Of a stretch of 64,000 bases of DNA, positions 26,746 to 40,685 are shown piece by piece. Source of the stretch: Octopus bimaculoides (Eukaryota); contig NC_068982.1 of NCBI RefSeq assembly GCF_001194135.2, positions 39,589,881-39,653,880 on the forward strand, in the 5' to 3' direction. The notes under the pieces are model-generated. The model did not search any database. It saw only the letters and a list, made by a program, of their open reading frames with translations, and had not been told where the DNA came from. The number at the start of each line of letters is the position of its first letter. Position 1 is the first letter of the stretch. The position numbers and the translations under genes are program-made.

Positions 26746-27431
26746 AATTTTAAATTACATGCTAAAAATAGAGTTTATATTTGTTAACAAATTTTTATTG
26801 AATTTGAAGTGCGGATATGACGAGATGGTAAAATAAATTACTCCATTCTAAATACGTCATAGATCTGACAGTCTAACCCTATCGATTGATATCCTGAATG
26901 CAATAATGTGGAACGTAAAGGGTTCGGAGTGAGTGATTCGAGTTGCATAATTAAAATTTCATCATATTTTAGTTTCGTCAGTAGTTACGGTTGACATAAG
27001 CTAGCTACATTTTAAAGCGGTTTGCTACTCAATAAAAAACTCATTATCTGTACGGTCAAATTAGATGTGATTTCCATCAAGAATGGAGGCTAAACATTTC
27101 ATTTCCATCATAGAAAGAATACACTTAACGGATTACAGGAATCGTTAAAGTGGAGTTTGTGGGAGTCATTACAAGGAGTAGACGCCGAGTTCGATTTTAA
27201 GGAAAATTATAGTGCTGAACCTCTACAAGGCTTGAATAAAACCAAAATTGGTTTGTTACTCACATGCAAGATATTATGTTTCTGCTGAGCGAACACAGAA
27301 AGTAGGATGTATCTAAAATATATTAACTCAACTGACTGGTAATAATTAACTGAGCGGTATATTTTATAGATATTTCTTCTCTGTCGTTTTTGTCATTTTA
27401 TCTAAATGTTATGTCTTGCTGATGCAGGTAG

Positions 27432-27455
27432 ACAGAAAGATAGATAGATAGAGAG

Positions 27456-27518
<63 letters not shown>

Positions 27519-27557
27519 GAGAAAGAAAGTGAGAGAGAGAGAAAGAGAGAGAGAGAG

Positions 27558-27617
<60 letters not shown>
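27432..27617. repeat. Compound (AG)n(CA)n(TA)n microsatellite
   Basis: Direct reading. Confidence 0.97.
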
Positions 27618-27621
<4 letters not shown>

Positions 27622-28406
27622 AATTCGAAAACAGAGAAAAAAAAAAGAAAAAGAAAAAAAGTAAACAAGCACGAGGGCATAGCACAAGCAATGTATTAAT
27701 ATGACGCTTGGTGAAAGAAGAGAGTTGTTGTTTTACGTTTCAAGCATAGCTCTTCGTTGGAGTCAGGAAAAACAGGTAAGTTCAAAGAGAAAGAAGGAAG
27801 AATGAGGAAAAATCGCCAACAACAGTCCATAGCTTACAAGTCATATTTCTGTTTCCATTATCATGATCATGAGAGTTGTTGAAGAATGTTTTCTGCTTCC
27901 CTTCTGTTACAATGTGTTTCAATCATGATTGAACACCGCACCCCATGTTCATATACCTTCATCACAGACTATGAAATTATGGGGAGATTATTGTGGACTG
28001 CAGTGATATGTGAGGATTTGAACGTTAATGACAAAACAAAAATTTTGAGGGAGGAACCTTTCTGACCATACTACTAAACATTATATGACGCTAGTTTTCT
28101 CAATAAGGTTAAAAATTACATTTATACTTTTTTTAGTATCTAAATGAGAATAGAAAAATACTGTAGGAGTGGGTAGCTTCAAACACATCTGACAAACAAT
28201 GGAAAATAAATTTGATATTACATATGAACACGCAAACAGTAGTGGGAGGAAGGCCGTCAATTTATAATTTATATTGTGAGCATACTTAAAAGGAAACAAT
28301 CACATGCATGAATGTTTTAATGCATTTACATTTTACCTCAGTGTATTCATAAATGCATAATGTTTTTTCCAGAATTTATGAGAGATTGTATCCAATACAA
28401 GCATAC

Positions 28407-28474
28407 ATTTTCAGGTTTTGGCAGTACGAGTCCCAAGGTGGTTGTTTTGTATAACGCTTCATCAAACCATCAAT
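28407..28474 (-). CDS. Candidate internal exon (phase 0-2): IDGLMKRYTKQPPWDSYCQNLK
   Basis: Strong acceptor attacttttcAG (ctg 28475-28477), donor aaat|GTATGC (28401-28406). 68 nt open with protein-like composition. Confidence 0.45.
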
Positions 28475-28992
28475 CTGAAAAGTAATACTACGTATAAAAA
28501 AATATTCTGTGCATAATAAATTTCGGAATTGATATGCAGCATTTAGCTTGTACACTGCACTTGGATTCAAGTAAATCCCACTCCAATTATTTGTGCGTTT
28601 GTATACTAAATGTTGATTGGTTTATTTTCAGCTTCACACTTAATTTTATAGTTATTTCGTTTCTTTATGTTTTCCAATAGATTTCTTATCAATTGAGTTT
28701 ATATCTTACGTCACGACCACTCATCACGAAAATCTCAGTTTTTGCAGTTGTACTTTAAGATTGTATTTAGTAACTCTTCTAAAAACTTTACTTAAAGTCG
28801 TAGTTACTTTTGATTCTTGAGTGCATACATACATCTTCTTTGTGGGATGGATTTTGTACATATATAAAGTGAATTTAACATTTACCAATAGTTATTGGAT
28901 TCCATTGGGTATTAGGTTTCATAACTTAAGTAGTTCCGTGTAGCTGCTTTTTAATTCATTATTCTTTTATGATAAATGTTAATGTCATGCAC

Positions 28993-29100
28993 CGATTCAT
29001 CATTTCCTTCTCCGTATTTTCCCTTATACACCACCATATTTCCATGAGGGTTGTTGCTGATGTCATAGTCTTTGATGCAGTTGACAACAACAGCTAATAT
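28993..29100 (-). CDS. Candidate internal exon (phase 0-0): ILAVVVNCIKDYDISNNPHGNMVVYKGKYGEGNDES
   Basis: Acceptor aatgttgtatAG (cta 29101-29103), 36 open codons. The donor tcg|GTGCAT is weak. In phase with exon 28407-28474. Confidence 0.35.
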
Positions 29101-29539
29101 CTATACAACATTGTCAAAGATATTTTGCTTACGATAAACTTTCAAATTGAATGGAAGGACACGGAAACAGTCACTGATTTTGGAAGGTTTGCTCGATTGG
29201 GTTTATGCTTATTTGTTAGATTTGTACGCCGCGCATGGCACGAGACTATAGCAAAAGAGAGGAGATCGGTGCGTGATAGATATAATCACCACCCGAAAGA
29301 TAAAAGCAGATAACAATACAATATCAGTATGCAACATTAATGTGACTTACTCTGCACAACAAGCAGGTGAAATATTAAAATAACAGCAAAAATAAATAAA
29401 TAAATAAATAAAACATAAGCAAAGGAAATCTCTTAACAAAACAAATCCTCATAAAAAATGCTACAGACATCTCAGAAACACGAGGGAGGCATAGATATTC
29501 GTACATGACTTTTGAAAAGGTGATGATGTAGTTGAAGAT

Positions 29540-29645
29540 GAAGATGATGACGATGATGATGATGATGACGATGATGAAGATGATGATGATGATGAGGAGG
29601 AGGAGGAGGAGGAGGAGGAGGAGGAGGAAGAGGAGAAGGAGGATG
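29540..29645. repeat. Compound (GAT)n(GAG)n microsatellite
   Basis: Direct reading. It produces the spurious poly-M/R/P/H ORFs. Confidence 0.95.
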
Positions 29646-29772
29646 ACGTTGACGACAGTTACTGATGAGCATCTGTACATGGCCAAAATGGGCGAAACGG
29701 ATTGCAGAAAATGCATAATGAAAGTCATTTTAAAAAGTACACACACGTATGTGTATGTATTTAAATATGCAG

Positions 29773-29809
<37 letters not shown>

Positions 29810-30578
29810 TGGGTGTGTCCGTGTGTGTGGGGTGTGTGTATGTGTGCCTGTATCGATGTAAGTTAACTCGCTTTTGGAACGCAACTTTCATTTAAACCTG
29901 CGTTAACTTCGCAAGACTCTGTTATAAATATATTTATATATATATATATATTTGAAGAATATGGTTGTACAATACGCATGCATAATAGAAACGTATTCCT
30001 CTTGTGCGCGTTTGTGTATTTATGTCTTTTCTGTTTAGTTCGAAAGTAAAGGTCAACCTATTATAGTAGTCTGTTTCTGTTTATTTCTTTTTGAAAATTC
30101 AGAGGTTTGCACGTTCCATGCTTTGTGCTTCTTTTATGCATCAAATTCAAAGTACGCAGACCTCTTTTAACTTGCGTCTGTATAATTCGGCTTTTTTTTT
30201 TCAGCTATCCTTTATTACTTTTGTGGAGAGGGGACTGAATCCGTCTTGTGTTGATATGCTTGCTGGCTATAAGGAACGTTCATTTTGAATTAATTTTGTG
30301 AAGTGATGATCAATAAATGCAGACTATTGTCAATGTATGACATACAGTTAAGCTGTGAAAACAATGAGCAAACAGATGTATGGGTTGGTGGTGTAGGAAT
30401 GCATAATAACCCAATGGGTTCCGATTGTGTAAGTGTATGCCATGTTGTATTGAGTTACGATACTTTATGATGTCAACTTTGCTTTTCAACTTACTGAGAT
30501 CGATTCAATAAAGTATCAATATAGTATGAAGTCGAAAGAAACCGACTTTTACCTATCTCAAATTTCTGTCCTTTTGCC

Positions 30579-30991
<413 letters not shown>

Positions 30992-31639
30992 GTATTCTTC
31001 TTCTTATTATTACATGCAGCAGCAGTGACTATTTTATTTGCGTTACAACCCAGCAGCATTATTAATTCAACCTTCTCAAGCAGATACGAATAGATGAATA
31101 TAATTTGAATAATACATGATTATTTTTGAATCAATCAACATAAATTAATGCAATTGAAATGAATAATGATTAAAAAATAAAGTAAAATAGAACGCATAAA
31201 TTTTTACGACAGAATAAATGCGTCGGTGCTCCTAAAGATGGAAGCCATTGCTAGTTAGTTGACGGATAAGTGTTAGAGAAAGAGAATTAATTGAATTAAT
31301 AGGATTTTAGAATATCATATAAAATGCAACCACAAAAGAAATATAGATTTGCATTCGTGAGAAGAGCGAAATTAACAATCAATTGTTATCATTCAGCTGA
31401 ACACTATATAGTTGTTTTAGATGTACATGATGAAAAAGTGAGGTGAAAACATTTTCTTCTCATTATTCAACGATTATCGTATTGTATCTTTAGATATTCT
31501 GTTATCTTACATTTAAGCATGGGAAGGAATCGATATGATTGTTTGTGATTTATTTTTATAAGGAAATAAAAGTGAAAATACAACAGTCGAAATCAAAGAT
31601 CCCACATAAGTGGTATATGCAGACATGAAGAGATGTAAG

Positions 31640-32500
31640 CAAACTGGCAGTTTGCTCATCCTAAAGCCCGGTCAGAGTATCAACGAAGGTAACCATTAAT
31701 TCCAATTAAACATACAGAGTAGAGGAAAAATACACTTGAAGAATCCATAATCTGCCAAACACCATCAATAAAGTAGAACCAATTTCAGAGGACGCACGTA
31801 TATCATCTGCATTCTCCAAAATACAATATGCAGAAGTATGTGAGCTGCAGCTGTTGACCAGCATACTTTATAAAGTGTGACACAAAAGATAGCGCAGTAG
31901 CTGACATGGTTACAAATGAAACTGGGCCAAATCCAAGCTCACTTACGCACAAGGTTACCACATTAATAAACCTGGGATGGCCACCATAGCCATTACATCA
32001 CATCAGTTCTCCACCCGAACACCAGAAGCGTGTTATAGACAATCAACATAATCAAAATTCCATACATTAACGATCGTCCCTCATATACTCAATTAATACG
32101 GATGACACTCACAGATATACTTCTATCTACGCATATAGCTGATGCTAGTACACATACCAAAGTATGTTATGTTTCGAACGATGATAATACAAAACAACAG
32201 TAATAGGGCTAAATGAAACATGCTGTTCAATGTTGAAAAATGTTCAAGTGCTCGCCTTCAATTTACAAAGATATTTCCATCACCAGAGGGCATTTCAACC
32301 CTGGAGTCACAGTCGGTAAAGTGATTTCGGAATCTACATGCATCACTTTGTGTGAAATGTCAACAATGTGCAGTAGCTGGATTGTTGAATTCTGAGATCT
32401 TTCAGGATGAGAAAATAGGAAAATAATTTGCTCTTGTGGAGAACATTTGCACTCAGTCGCCTGGAATAATGTTCCTAATTATCGTTGTCCCATTGTCTCA
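31640..32500 (+). mobile_element. CR1/L2-like RT C-terminal relics (probably two fragments)
   Basis: VTTLINLGWPP* (SSVT.L...LGW..L motif) near 31954, and MLFNVEKC (WQM.FN..KC) near 32220. Confidence 0.55.
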
Positions 32501-32527
32501 GACTAACAGCGGAGCCTAAGGCAATCC

Positions 32528-32577
<50 letters not shown>

Positions 32578-34481
32578 NNNNNNNNNNCCAGAATGATTAA
32601 TACATATCATAAAATATTATAAAATATTATAAAATATAGGATACTCCATCTCCTCAGGGTCCCATTATTATTGCTATCATCACCATCACTCGTAGAGTAC
32701 ATAGGTAAAGATGAGTTTGTTTGATTTTTTCAGTTTATTTATTTAATATTTAATGTATAATATATAAATATATATTAGAGTGTGTGTAGGTATAGTTAGA
32801 CTATAGATAAGTGTAGTAAGAATTACCGTATGTGTGAGTTAGAATTTTATTATAGGTTTTTTTTTCATTGAAGACGGGTTTCTGTTCTACGGATATTGAG
32901 ATGTAATATAATGTGATAGTACTGAGGGATATATATTTTTTTGCTGAATTGATATAAGATTAAATTTTATTTTAATTGTGTATATTGGTATATGCTAGAG
33001 TTTTTTTTAGAGTGAATTTATTAAGAACATTATCCTCATTATTATTATTATTGTTATTATCATTTAAGTGTGGTTTTGTTTTACTCTAGTTTGAATGTTA
33101 TATTTTTAAAAAATTGTTTTCTACGGCATGATTTCTTTCTTTCTTTCTTACATTCTTTCTTTCTTTCTTTATTTATTTATTAAATTTGATATTTATTTTG
33201 ANNNNNNNNNNNNNNNNNNNNNNNNNNNNNNNNNNNNNNNNNNNNNNNNNNNNNNNNNNNNNNNNNNNNNNNNNNNNNNNNNNNNNNNNNNNNNNNNNNN
33301 NNNNNNNNNNNNNNNNNNNNNNNNNNNNNNNNNNNNNNNNNNNNNNNNNNNNNNNNNNNNNNNNNNNNNNNNNNNNNNNNNNNNNNNNNNNNNNNNNNNN
33401 NNNNNNNNNNNNNNNNNNNNNNNNNNNNNNNNNNNNNNNNNNNNNNNNNNNNNNNNNNNNNNNNNNNNNNNNNNNNNNNNNNNNNNNNNNNNNNNNNNNN
33501 NNNNNNNNNNNNNNNNNNNNNNNNNNNNNNNNNNNNNNNNNNNNNNNNNNNNNNNNNNNNNNNNNNNNNNNNNNNNNNNNNNNNNNNNNNNNNNNNNNNN
33601 NNNNNNNNNNNNNNNNNNNNNNNNNNNNNNNNNNNNNNNNNNNNNNNNNNNNNNNNNNNNNNNNNNNNNNNNNNNNNNNNNNNNNNNNNNNNNNNNNNNN
33701 NNNNNNNNNNNNNNNNNNNNNNNNNNNNNNNNNNNNNNNNNNNNNNNNNNNNNNNNNNNNNNNNNNNNNNNNNNNNNNNNNNNNNNNNNNNNNNNNNNNN
33801 NNNNNNNNNNNNNNNNNNNNNNNNNNNNNNNNNNNNNNNNNNNNNNNNNNNNNNNNNNNNNNNNNNNNNNNNNNNNNNNNNNNNNNNNNNNNNNNNNNNN
33901 NNNNNNNNNNNNNNNNNNNNNNNNNNNNNNNNNNNNNNNNNNNNNNNNNNNNNNNNNNNNNNNNNNNNNNNNNNNNNNNNNNNNNNNNNNNNNNNNNNNN
34001 NNNNNNNNNNNNNNNNNNNNNNNNNNNNNNNNNNNNNNNNNNNNNNNNACTAATTTGATTTGGAAATACAGATGAAAGAACAATAATATCAGTACATGAA
34101 CCACGCACCAACGCCTTTTTAGGCGACTGTGTTACCGAATGCACTCTACTTAGCGTTTGTCCTCGTGTTTCTTAACTTCGGTTTATCTATCTAATGAATT
34201 ATCTTTTTTATAAATGTATAAAACAATGAATGAAAATATGATGTCTTGCTACGATTGTTAAGTAGCTGAAAATGCATCTGTAAAAGAGGCAAGATGCCAC
34301 GTATATATAAATTTCAATTTGCTGGAGATGGATATTTATAACTAGTTTAGAAAAGAGAACACAAACTCTGTGTGGCACAATCAAAAACACAGTCTCCTGG
34401 AAATGAATAGATATGTGACGAGAGGCTATCAGTGAATTCAAATGAACATCTTAATAATGAATGCATAATATATATGTGTGA

Positions 34482-34520
<39 letters not shown>

Positions 34521-35754
34521 TGTGTGTGTGTCTGTGCGTGTGTGTGTGCATGTGTGTGTGACTGCGTGTGTACACGTTCGTGCGAGTGTATGTGTGATAG
34601 AATAGTATTATGCATATATGTAATATAAACATACACATACACATTCACTTACTCACACACACACACACACACACACATACAGATATTTGTTGACAACTCA
34701 GTGACTCTAAATTCTAAATTTGCAGCCAATAGTGGTCGACAAGGGTTTTAGCTGGAGTGTGCACGTCACTGAAGAGATCCGAAGGGTTAAAACACTCGAA
34801 TTACGAAGTCTCGAATCATGTTTTGCAGTACTTGATTTTTCTATAAAAAAAAAAAATGAATAATGTATATATGTGTATATTTATGTACGTTTCCTTGTTT
34901 GTGCAGATGAATAACATACTTAAGCTCTCAGAATTCATGGCAGTCAGCATGAAAGCAGCAAAGAAATACTTTTTAGCTTAAGTCAAGACAGTTCGAGTGA
35001 CTTTTTTTAATATTCTAGGGAGTGCGTATATATATATATATATATATATATAACGTGAGAGAGTTAGGGGTTGGGGGTTCAACCCACTAAGGGATAGTAT
35101 CTATCCAGTATACTGCTGGGAGGGTACCCAATTATTGCTACACTAGTGCTATCCTCTAATTCCTTATGTACTTTGTACTTCTATATGTAAACCAGGTTGG
35201 CAAAATAACATAGTCTGCCATAGACACCTGTGCTTTGGTTCTTTCTTTCTTTTTNNNNNNNNNNNNNNNNNNNNNNNNNNNNNNNNNNNNNNNNNNNNNN
35301 NNNNNNNNNNNNNNNNNNNNNNNNNNNNNNNNNNNNNNNNNNNNNNNNNNNNNNNNNNNNNNNNNNNNNNNNNNNNNNNNNNNNNNNNNNNNNNNNNNNN
35401 NNNNNNNNNNNNNNNNNNNNNNNNNNNNNNNNNNNNNNNNNNNNNNNNNNNNNNNNNNNNNNNNNNNNNNNNNNNNNNNNNNNNNNNNNNNNNNNNNNNN
35501 NNNNNNNNNNNNNNNNNNNNNNNNNNNNNNNNNNNNNNNNNNNNNNNNNNNNNNNNNNNNNNNNNNNNNNNNNNNNNNNNNNNNNNNNNNNNNNNNNNNN
35601 NNNNNNNNNNNNNNNNNNNNNNNNNNNNNNNNNNNNNNNNNNNNNNNNNNNNNNNNNNNNNNNNNNNNNNNNNNNNNNNNNNNNNNNNNNNNNNNNNNNN
35701 NNNNNNNNNNNNNNNNNNNNNNNNNNNNNNNNNNNNNNNNNNNNNNNNNNNNNN

Positions 35755-36520
35755 TTTAGCAAACAAACATTACATCATCAATACATGGCATAACAATTCA
35801 AATAACATTTAACAAAGGTTTCAGAACATTGCATAATCACAAGTTTACAATCAAGAGTTCGTACATCAAGTCCATTAAAAGTTCTTTTACTTCGTTGTTT
35901 TTCTTTTCCATTAACAGCATGTCACAAAGTTCTATCTTTTCTTTTCCACCCGTCAACATCACAGTTAACGAAAGTTAACGAAGTTCTTTTAACACATGTA
36001 ACGACGAAGTACATTTTAAAGAATATTTAAACAAACCTTCACCGTACGAATTTCCTTTCTTTCAAAACTCCTACTATAATCCAAGAGAAGTGACCAACTG
36101 ACTACTACAATCTCTTGGCTGCCACAACAGTTCCATCTCTCTGTCCCCCTCTCTCATTGCTTCAGTCCCTATCGGTTGACTGGCACCTTCTCACCATAAG
36201 CTCTCTCTCTCTCAGCCTCTTTCTTCTGTCAGCCTCTCTGTTTATCTTGCTGACCGCTGCTGTCACATACTCGTTCTTCACTGGCCCACGTTCTTCATCC
36301 AACTGCCTGGCCAACTGCTTTCGCCAATTCCTTGTCCCCAACTCGACTGATCAACCGCTCGCGCCAATTCTCGCTGTCGTATTCATCACAAATACCGTAG
36401 CTTTACAGTGCTACCTTACCCCCTCCTAAAGCTGGGTCAGTTCAGTACAATTCCTATCTTGTTTTTCTGAACTTTCGCTGACCGGAAAGCGTCAGTGATC
36501 ACACCTACGCTAAAAATAGC
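35755..36520 (-). mobile_element. 3' end of a Gypsy-like LTR retrotransposon: PPT plus 3' LTR, running into a gap
   Basis: Minus strand reads ...tccggtcagcgaaagttcag (SGQRKFR, integrase-tail-like)...TTTAGGAGGGGGTAA (polypurine tract), then about 660 nt of LTR-like non-coding sequence. The LTR start deviates from TG. Confidence 0.5.
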
Positions 36521-37200
36521 TGTGGTTGTTGACAAGACAAAGGAAATGCCATTATCCTCAACAACCAGAATACGGTTTCAAACCCAGCTCGGGAGATAGG
36601 GATATAACATTAATTTGTTTTTCGGTGGTCGCATCAATATATATATATATGTAATACAGAATGAGACAAGAACGCAAAACATCCAGACAATTTAGGTGAT
36701 ACAAGAAAGGGACAAAACATACAGAAAGACGATACAAAGAAAACACGAACATGTCATTCGGAGTTTTCTCTCTTCAGTCGAGATTCAGATTATCTTTGCA
36801 ATTTCGGGTGGTTATTCTTGATATTGCTCCAATCTGGCCAGCCTCAAGGAAAGACTAAGCTAAGAGCATTATATTCCTTGGAAGAAAGCAGCGAATGTAT
36901 GCAAAAGCAAGGACGGAAAAAAACGAATAATGTTGAACAAATACAGCAGGAATAATAACGGGACATAACAACAGATGTCTTTCGACTGGACGAATAAAAT
37001 TAAGCTGGCGTATATGGAAATAAGGCCTTACAGCCGGGATACAATATTTCACAGGCACAGGGAGAAATAACGATGTTGTATGCACAACGGCCGCCCCCAA
37101 AAGAAAGATCAGGCTTGGCCGAACACTGGTCACGTGGGAAGAGAAGAGAGAGAGGTAGAGGCAGAGAGACAAAAGAATTAGGGAGGGGCGAGAAAAAATG
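36520..37200 (-). mobile_element. Penelope-like terminal-repeat relics
   Basis: Contains a decayed hammerhead-like motif (36753-36777) and internal (TA)n. Shares attaaggataatg-like words with 22590-22635. Confidence 0.4.
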
Positions 37201-37602
37201 ACAGGGACACAGTGAAGTGAAAAGTGATATTTATGTATGTATGTATTTAAGTGATGAAAGTGTGCTTATAGATATTCTTACAATACATATCTCTTGTGTG
37301 CACGATTGTGTGTAGACACTTTTAATGCATGTGTATGTATGCCACATTTACAGTTATTTTCTGTATGTGCTAATTTCAAGAAACAAAAGTAGCGAATATT
37401 TGGAACCTTTCATAAACCCTCAGTTCTCCATCAATCGACTATATTTTAAGAATGCGGTTAGTTTGCTTTATTACTTAGAGATATTAGGTCTATTTGTGTG
37501 CACCATGGTTGCTAGTATCTTCCACTAATATTCCTTATTTCTAAGTTTTGGATGCATTCTTTTGCGCTTTTGGTAAGGCTGTCAGGACAGTCTTCTTACG
37601 CA

Positions 37603-37832
37603 TAATATTCTTTTCTACTCTAGACACAACGCCCGAAATTTTGGGGGAGGGGGGGACACTCGATTAGATCTTCCCCAGTACGCAACTGGTACTTAATTTA
37701 TCAACCCCGAAAGGATGAAAGGCAAAGGCAAAGTCGACCTCGGTGGGATTTGAACTCAGAACGTAACGACAGACGAAATACCGCTAAGCATTTCGCCCAG
37801 CGTGCTAACGATTCTGCCATTTCGCCGCCCTT
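37603..37832 (-). mobile_element. Family A SINE, near full length
   Basis: ccccgaaaggatgaaaggcaaag...gtcgacctcggtgggatttgaactcagaacg...cgtgctaacgattctgccatttcgccgcc. Confidence 0.9.
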
Positions 37833-37854
37833 ACGCATAATACTGTGAATGGTA

Positions 37855-38057
37855 TACTCTTTTACTCTTTTACATGTTTCAGTCATTTGACTGCGGCCAT
37901 GCTGGAGCACCGCCTTTAGTCGAGCAAATCGACCCCGGGACTTATTCTTTGTAAGCCTAGTACTTATTCTATCGTTCTCTTTTGCCGAACTGCTAAGTGA
38001 CGGGGACATAAACACACCAGCATCCGTTGTCAAGCAACGCTACGGGGACAAACTCAG

Positions 38058-38145
<88 letters not shown>

Positions 38146-38303
38146 GACGGGCTTCTTTCAGTTTCCGTCTGCCAAATCCACTCATAAGGCTTTGGTCGTC
38201 CTGAGGCTATTGTAGAAGACACTTGCCCAAGATGCCACGCAGTGGGACCGAACCCGGAACCATGTGGTTGGTAAGCAAGCTACTTAACACACAGCCACAA
38301 CTG
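37855..38303 (-). mobile_element. Family B SINE (OR2/CORE-like), full length
   Basis: Complete tail, internal (CA)n(TA)n and tRNA-like head with CORE-like ccttgggcaagtgtcttc on the minus strand. Confidence 0.92.
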
Positions 38304-38520
38304 CTGCAGTTATGGATGATATATTCTAAACTATTAAGGTACAATCGACTTTCTATCATAAATGTTTCGATGTGGATGTTTAGAGCTATTGATAACTTTG
38401 TTATTGCTCAAATACTCATGTTCCTAATCAGCGAAAGCGAATCTTTGTAAGAGGAATACGGTAGAGCCATCACAAATCCGAGGGAACCACTCTTTCTGCC
38501 TGTATTGCTAATATCCTTAA

Positions 38521-38732
38521 GGCAGTGAGCTAGCAGAATCGTCTGTACGCTGGTCAGAATACTTAGCGGCATTTCTTCTCTCTTTGTGTTCTGAGTTCAA
38601 ATTCCGCCGAGGTCGATTTTGTCTTTCATCATTTCGGGGTCGATAAATTAAGTACCACTCAAGTACTAGGATCAGTCTGATTGAATTAGCCCCTGCTCCA
38701 AAGTTGAGGGCCTGAAGCCAAATTTTGAAATC
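38521..38732 (+). mobile_element. Family A SINE
   Basis: ggcagtgagctagcagaatcg...gagttcaaattccgccgaggtcga...ttcggggtcgataaattaagtacc. Confidence 0.88.
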
Positions 38733-39105
38733 AGTATTGTTAGCATCCTTTTGCTTGTAGTACATGTACTATTTTTAAAATGATTGCTTCTCTAATGAGT
38801 CTCTTTTGAATAAGTTAATCCAGCTAACCTAAGGTCCTATATGGAACAGCTGAACGTCCAGGATACCTATTAAGCTCTTCACTCACTCCCAAGACATTAC
38901 TTATATTTTTCCCTGTTCAGAACATAGGTGATCTAGAGATTTTTCACTTTTCTGTTCTGTATGTATTTCAATGACCCAATGGAATACTCATAGTGTTTAG
39001 GACTAATATTAAATCTTTACTTCAATCCAGCCGCTTAGCATAGCTCGTTTGAGTATCATAATCATTTATATGTAATAAATATGTATATATGCATGTATCT
39101 AAAAG

Positions 39106-39161
<56 letters not shown>

Positions 39162-40640
39162 NNNNNNNNNNNNNNNNNNNNNNNNNNNNNNNNNNNNNNN
39201 NNNNNNNNNNNNNNNNNNNNNNNNNNNNNNNNNNNNNNNNNNNNNNNNNNNNNNNNNNNNNNNNNNNNNNNNNNNNNNNNNNNNNNNNNNNNNNNNNNNN
39301 NNNNNNNNNNNNNNNNNNNNNNNNNNNNNNNNNNNNNNNNNNNNNNNNNNNNNNNNNNNNNNNNNNNNNNNNNNNNNNNNNNNNNNNNNNNNNNNNNNNN
39401 NNNNNNNNNNNNNNNNNNNNNNNNNNNNNNNNNNNNNNNNNNNNNNNNNNNNNNNNNNNNNNNNNNNNNNNNNNNNNNNNNNNNNNNNNNNNNNNNNNNN
39501 NNNNNNNNNNNNNNNNNNNNNNNNNNNNNNNNNNNNNNNNNNNNNNNNNNNNNNNNNNNNNNNNNNNNNNNNNNNNNNNNNNNNNNNNNNNNNNNNNNNN
39601 NNNNNNNNNNNNNNNNNNNNNNNNNNNNNNNNNNNNNNNNNNNNNNNNNNNNNNNNNNNNNNNATATATATATGTATGTATGTATGTGTGTGTGTGTGTA
39701 TACACACAAACATGCATGCATGTTGGCTATTTAAAATTTCAGACGATAGATATCTCACATCAAATATTTCTACATCACAGATTATTGTGATGTATGGCGT
39801 ACAGCATGGATTGCACACGCTAAATATACATAGCTAAATATCTAGTGACAACCGAAGGCAAAGTGACAGGAAGCTATTTGAGCTACAGGTTTTATATAAA
39901 AGTGCCATCTCCCACGCTTTGCTTGGAAAACCACACAACAATCTGCGGATACATACATACATACATATATACATACATATATACATACATTTTGATTTTT
40001 TGTGTTATATGCCTCAGTAAGTATTTGGCGATAGTTGTCTTTAAGTAAAGCTAAAAATATAAAATGCTGATATCGAGAAGCACACACACATACATATGCA
40101 TATAGATGTTTGTGTGTGCATACATATACGCATATACGTATATACAGACAAGCTTTTACATGCACACACGCACACGTGTGTATGCATGTATGGTGCACTT
40201 AAGTATGCGTTTATATTTACAGGCGTCTAAGCGCGTATATATGTATCCGAGAGTAAGTGGATAAGTAGATTACATAGATTGCTAGAGGGAGGGAGAGAGA
40301 AGAAGGCGGAGGAAAAGAAATGTACCTTTTAATCACTGTGTAATATACACTAAATCCTATCTATACGAAGCTTCTTGAAGAGAATATAACCCTGTTAAAC
40401 ACTCAAAATCCGACTGCACTCAAGAGAATATTTCAGAAATGTTATAGGCTGAGAGACAAAACTACAAAAAAGATGAAACGAGTTGGACATGATTATGGAA
40501 ATGGGAATTCGATATGTTATCGACTTCGCACTTGTATGTAAAAATATATTGATCCTATATAAACAAATTTTTTGTGAACGTAGTTGGGTACACTTTGAAT
40601 CAGTGTAATGGACCAAATCCCATTTCTCTCTCTCACACAC

Positions 40641-40685
<45 letters not shown>

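Noticed and set aside
27139-27288. About 50-codon plus-strand open frame ESLKWSLWESLQGVDAEFDFKENYSAEPLQGLNKTKIG
   Set aside because: No recognisable motif and weak splice sites; below the level that can be supported.
29662-29698. CUGAUGA...GC GAAAC motif on the plus strand
   Set aside because: No GUH triplet or stem I/III pairing can be built.
34755-34798. CUGAAGA GAUCC GAA GGGUU AAAAC with flanking GAGUGU/ACACUC pairing
   Set aside because: G12 is lost, position 17 is G, and there is no stem I.
37381-37456. Plus-strand exon candidate NKSSEYLEPFINPQFSINRLYFKNA
   Set aside because: Isolated, with no compatible neighbouring plus-strand exons and no recognisable homology.
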